NCBI GenBank assembly: GCA_027459745.1
Contig: DAIDHL010000005.1
Location: 646-64,645 of the forward strand
DNA: 64,000 nt
From: Candidatus Levyibacteriota bacterium
GTDB taxonomy: Bacteria; Patescibacteriota; Microgenomatia; Levybacterales; UBA12049
Direction of reading: 5' to 3'
Numbering within the stretch: the stretch's first letter is position 1; each line of letters starts with the position of its first letter. The notes beneath the pieces are model-generated. The model had not been told where the DNA came from. It was given only the letters and a program-made list of their open reading frames with translations, and did not search any database. This document shows positions 61,601-64,000 of the stretch, piece after piece. Both the position numbers and the translations under genes were made by a program.

Positions 61601-64000
61601 ACAAATCTTGGGTCGTATTATTTTCTATAATACTGCCACTGAGTGTGTTGAAGGGACTACTATTGACGGCTGGACAGGCTGCACTACCCGTTACGATACC
61701 GTTACTTGTCGTTACGCATGATGCAGAAGCAACTGTTGAACCTGCAGTACCATTCATCGTCAAACCACCAACAGATAATACTAGCAAGCCAGCGCCATTA
61801 TTAGGTGAAAGGGTAATATTACCGGTACTCGCTCCTCCAATAGTCAAATTTTGCTTGGCGGTGGTAGCCAATGTACCGGTTGAAGTAATATATAGACCTC
61901 CTGCAGATCCAGCAGACAGACTGGCGGTAGGTGTACCAGTATTTACATTCAAAACAGCAAATTTGGCCGCAGCTGTGGATGTTCCTCCAAGTAAGAAATC
62001 TTGCGTGTTAATCAGTTCTTGAATCGTTCCACTAACAGCCTGGAAAGGAGAACTAACAGTACCTGCTCCACAACTTCCCCAAATTGGAGCAGAGCCTCCC
62101 GAGATTAGACATTGACCAGAAGTATTGGTTGAAAGTGCCGTAACTACACCATTGGCTGAATTATCAGCATACAAAACAGTATTGTTCGCCCCACCATAAC
62201 CAGGAAGGTTAATAGCTTCACCACTTCTGCCCAAAGATAAGGTAGTAGCGTTTGTATTACCAATATTTAATATTCCTGATGTAATTGTATCTAGACCAGA
62301 ACCTGAACTTACCTTCACATTACCATTCTGACTGACAATAAATCTACTTAATCCACTGGTACTGGCTGCTAATAAATCACCACTGCCTGAATTATCAACA
62401 ATCAAACCAGCCATATTAGTGGATCCGGAGATAGAAGCAATTGGAGTAGTAGCTGAATTGCCTCTAACATCCACCGTCGCCAACGGAGCAATCGTATTAA
62501 CTCCCATGCTGCCAAGTCCACTTATAGTCATCAAGGCTGTAGTGGCACCATTATATACAGTCATACCACCAGTTCCTGCTATTCCGTTGGTAGCATCATA
62601 ATTTATGGCCAGCATACCTGCACCCTGTGAGTTCAAATTCAAATTGGCATTACCCAACGCAGCCGCAAAGCTACTAGCAGCGCTAGTCAAAGTAGAAGCA
62701 CTAGTCTTGGCTTCAAAATCATCGAAATTGGCTGTAAATTGTTGTGTTTGTGATACAGTTACCCTAACACGTATGCCAGTCACAGCAGTTCTTGAGGGAA
62801 TTGAGGTAATATTACAATCCATTTTTTGCCAACTACTTGGACTGGTGATATTCATCGTACCCACCCCGTTAAAACTACAGGTCTGCCAATTTGGTGACCC
62901 ACTAGTTCCGGTATTAATATCCATAGTCAGGTATGATCCGGCAAGAGTAGAATACGCATAAAAAACAATATCATTCATGTTACTCATATCCATAGGCGAA
63001 AAGTTGGTTCTAGCAACATTATAAATTGTTTGGTCTGAATTAATTTTTGCTTTATAAATAGTGGCTTGTGTTGAGGTTGTCATGCCACCCACCAAGTATC
63101 CATAATTATTGCCACTATTATCTGTAAACCCAAATGCTCCAGCATTGGCTGTAGCAGTGCCTAGCTGATAATTGCCCATTGTACTGACAGACGTTACATT
63201 CCCACTTCCATCAAGTGTGGCCTTATATACAGTTGTTTGTTTGGTACCGCCAGTTGTGGTTCCACCTAGTATATATATGTAATTATTTGCACCAATTGTC
63301 TGGAAGAAAGCAGATTCACCATATAATGCTGTAGGTAATGTTGCTTGTCCACTGGTTGTTAGGCTTGTAATATTGCCATTAGCGCTGTTAATTGTGCCTT
63401 TATAAATCGTATTCTGCGCAGTCGTCCCATTTTCTCCACCAATTACCCAAATATAATTATTCCCACCGATATTCCCTGTGACAGTTGCATGGTGAGAAAT
63501 TCCAGTAGTTAATTGTGATTGACCAGATGCCGTAGGTGTTCCCAAAGTACCTGTTAACGATGCTGTAATATTATAAACTGTAGTTTGATCAGATGTTCCA
63601 TTATTGCCTCCAATCACATATATATATGTACTACCATTGATTATCACTGCATTAGCTGTTGCACCAAATAATGCTTGAGGTAGGGGATTTGCAGCCGAAG
63701 AAAATGCAGCCACATTCCCAGTATTATAATCTACAGTAGCCTGACTTATGGTAGATTGAGCAACTCCAGATGTATTTTCCCCTCCCATACTGTATAACAT
63801 CGTTGAATATGGAATAGATAAATATGTAGTAGATCCTCCTGATTGACCTCCTACTGTTGATATAGTTCCCGGCGTAACCGATTTCACATAATTTAAGAGG
63901 ATTTTGCCTGCTCCACCTCCCATTGAACCAGTACCTCCATTTGCAGATAATGAACCATTATTTACAACATTCGTTGCAGCAAGATGAATAAGTCCTCCAC
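58686..64000 (-). CDS. Giant surface protein, 5'-partial (continues beyond the window end): Kelch-like beta-propeller repeats, about 140-aa tandem beta-rich repeats, and a C-terminal conserved beta-rich module with coiled coil
   Basis: More than 1770 aa. The frame stays open upstream of the ORF-track Met to position 64000. N-terminal 'YIYVIGGNNG / YIWVIGGENG / YIYILGGTTTGG / YGYLVGGMTT' Kelch-like repeats. Repeats 'GGTSTA.AKFAFINVNSGTP.ASISAG..GGLYIT..GTLATT' occur 3-4 times. C-terminus 'GADVAENYISSQTLIPGDVVV...VALVGRVPVNVS' then coiled coil 'LQTDNTAIHATLDDHAALIASLSARLSALENA'. Confidence 0.75.
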   Translation of the reverse strand, partial: GGLIHLAATNVVNNGSLSANGGTGSMGGGAGKILLNYVKSVTPGTISTVGGQSGGSTTYLSIPYSTMLYSMGGENTSGVAQSTISQATVDYNTGNVAAFSSAANPLPQALFGATANAVIINGSTYIYVIGGNNGTSDQTTVYNITASLTGTLGTPTASGQSQLTTGISHHATVTGNIGGNNYIWVIGGENGTTAQNTIYKGTINSANGNITSLTTSGQATLPTALYGESAFFQTIGANNYIYILGGTTTGGTKQTTVYKATLDGSGNVTSVSTMGNYQLGTATANAGAFGFTDNSGNNYGYLVGGMTTSTQATIYKAKINSDQTIYNVARTNFSPMDMSNMNDIVFYAYSTLAGSYLTMDINTGTSGSPNWQTCSFNGVGTMNITSPSSWQKMDCNITSIPSRTAVTGIRVRVTVSQTQQFTANFDDFEAKTSASTLTSAASSFAAALGNANLNLNSQGAGMLAINYDATNGIAGTGGMTVYNGATTALMTISGLGSMGVNTIAPLATVDVRGNSATTPIASISGSTNMAGLIVDNSGSGDLLAASTSGLSRFIVSQNGNVKVSSGSGLDTITSGILNIGNTNATTLSLGRSGEAINLPGYGGANNTVLYADNSANGVVTALSTNTSGQCLISGGSAPIWGSCGAGTVSSPFQAVSGTIQELINTQDFLLGGTSTAAAKFAVLNVNTGTPTASLSAGSAGGLYITSTGTLATTAKQNLTIGGASTGNITLSPNNGAGLLVLSVGGLTMNGTAGSTVASASCVTTSNGIVTGSAACPAVNSSPFNTLSGSIIENNTTQDLLLGGTSTASADFAFININSGTPTASISAASGNNAAYLTGLGVLATTNDHSLTLGSATTGNILLAPLNNIAGGYVGPNSNNVTDLGTSAIAFRNIFANTFYAGGSVGQTIASAGCVTTVGGIVTGSGACPSGGGANILNSIGGTISEAITTQDLLLGGVSTPSAKFAFINVNSGTPVASISAGVAGGLYITADGTLATTANQGLNIGNATTGNLTLKAGNGTGVLALSTGSLTMNGNAGATIASAACVTTVNGIVTGSASCPGGGGGGSSPFNSTGALITEGNLTQDVLFGGSATSSAKFAFNVYNGDLIQTSSETTGNVATLSANLLTTGNELSLVSNSNALTSGSLLNLSYTGNSAFTGGLSSLAWNPTVATTATGDLLDLNVGSNGTLTNIFNVQNAGTSVFAVTQNQVIASEPLQVTTPGDLSVAYDINLTNPMNSFIKSSSNIYIRPGEPFNSSNLILDPYNKGMVVADAESFMTTGAATVSGQFVLGAQNPPIAPNLFGQAYMTNSQVFGKALLTLNQTESADIFTASSSGTPLFRIDNSGNTRIVASLCVKATMSTACSGSTAGTIYATSTTITGADVAENYISSQTLIPGDVVVMANDGNSNAIVKATSQNQTGLLGIISSSPGVTVNSEAKTDSTHPNLYPVALVGRVPVNVSSANGTINVGDPLTSSSTPGVAVKATAAGVIIGRALAIYSDSNPNDVGTILVYSNVSWYDPTVYITSSGNVSTTTPNSGTTGTPTLEQQVAGLQTDNTAIHATLDDHAALIASLSARLSALENATMSALPNQLFATGSANFASSDQLDIKTATISGDLMVGGRTTLNDVGVTGIITDGLITIDGLNGKIDSLGQPLQLQSEALADIQLEGSSVIISTTGDVSLQGTLTASKVNITPDALNPSVGVATISAGLTSVTIPTNIVSSTSLIFVTSQTKGSGALYVTKKSAKTSFTVDMDTPKNTPVVFNWWIIN
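60700..62100. repeat. Intragenic tandem DNA repeats (about 400-450 bp units, diverged) inside the giant surface-protein gene
   Basis: Similar DNA blocks start near 60821 ('ggacaactggcactacctgtgacaataccatttacagtggtgacacaagc'), 61217 ('ggacaagcaccacttccggtaacaataccacctactgtcgtgacacaacc') and 61671 ('ggacaggctgcactacccgttacgataccgttacttgtcgttacgcatga'). The spurious plus-strand ORFs 60697..61305 and 61645..62022 with near-identical peptides reflect the same repeats. Confidence 0.7.

Noticed and set aside
60697-62022. Plus-strand ORFs 60697..61305 and 61645..62022 with proline/alanine-rich, mutually similar peptides
   Set aside because: They lie antisense within the giant surface-protein gene. 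Their similarity to each other just mirrors the tandem DNA repeats of the sense gene.

Overview
This window is a low-GC bacterial chromosomal segment, gene-dense on both strands, with many 4-bp ATGA start/stop overlaps. The standard genetic code appears to be in use. The content is consistent with a small-genome, cell-envelope-focused organism. The general style resembles Patescibacteria/CPR-like genomes, but that cannot be established from sequence alone.

Main blocks in order:
(i) 1-13.4 kb: a minus-strand envelope-glycosylation island. It holds three GT2 enzymes, two of them DPM1/GtrB-like polyprenol-phosphate-sugar synthases carrying the 'CGFKMF' motif. It also holds a Wzx/MOP-type flippase and at least six polytopic GT-C-fold (ArnT/PMT/YfhO-like) membrane glycosyltransferases.
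(ii) tRNA-Glu(CUC), followed by two unrelated hypothetical genes.
(iii) Signalling and housekeeping genes: a PAS/GAF histidine kinase with a receiver protein, a methyltransferase, murI, an RRM RNA-binding protein, Lon, an orphan receiver and an OmpR regulator. A histidine kinase is co-transcribed with an unusual P-loop kinase-like protein. An unannotated 59-aa KGG stress protein, a DsbA-like protein and an FKBP also sit here.
(iv) tRNA-Gln(CUG), a LysM surface protein, and a divergent mntP / CDF-like pair of metal exporters.
(v) A translationally coupled operon of a processive GT2 beta-glycan synthase (chitin/cellulose-synthase superfamily, 'QRRRW' motif) and a membrane-anchored GH18-like hydrolase with two CBM5/12 chitin-binding domains.
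(vi) An autoregulated-looking RHH/EXLDI gene with a textbook TTGACA-N16-TATAAT promoter overlapping an 18-bp perfect palindrome. A VOC protein and a paralogous GT-C gene follow it.
(vii) A second OmpR/histidine-kinase pair, a secreted alpha/beta hydrolase, and a KdpD-like-anchored histidine kinase.
(viii) An F-type ATP synthase operon, b-delta-alpha-gamma-beta-epsilon, with no subunit a. It is preceded by an odd protein whose C-terminal hairpin resembles subunit c but lacks the proton-binding carboxylate.
(ix) Two tandem giant surface proteins. One is 1823 aa with DUF2341 plus about 8 LamG domains. The other is more than 1770 aa, 5'-truncated by the window end, with Kelch-like repeats, about 420-bp intragenic tandem repeats and a C-terminal beta-rich module.

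No CRISPR array, transposase or rRNA was seen. A recurrent 'TGcTATAAT' extended -10 element lies 7-12 nt upstream of several start codons, suggesting frequent leaderless or short-leader transcription.
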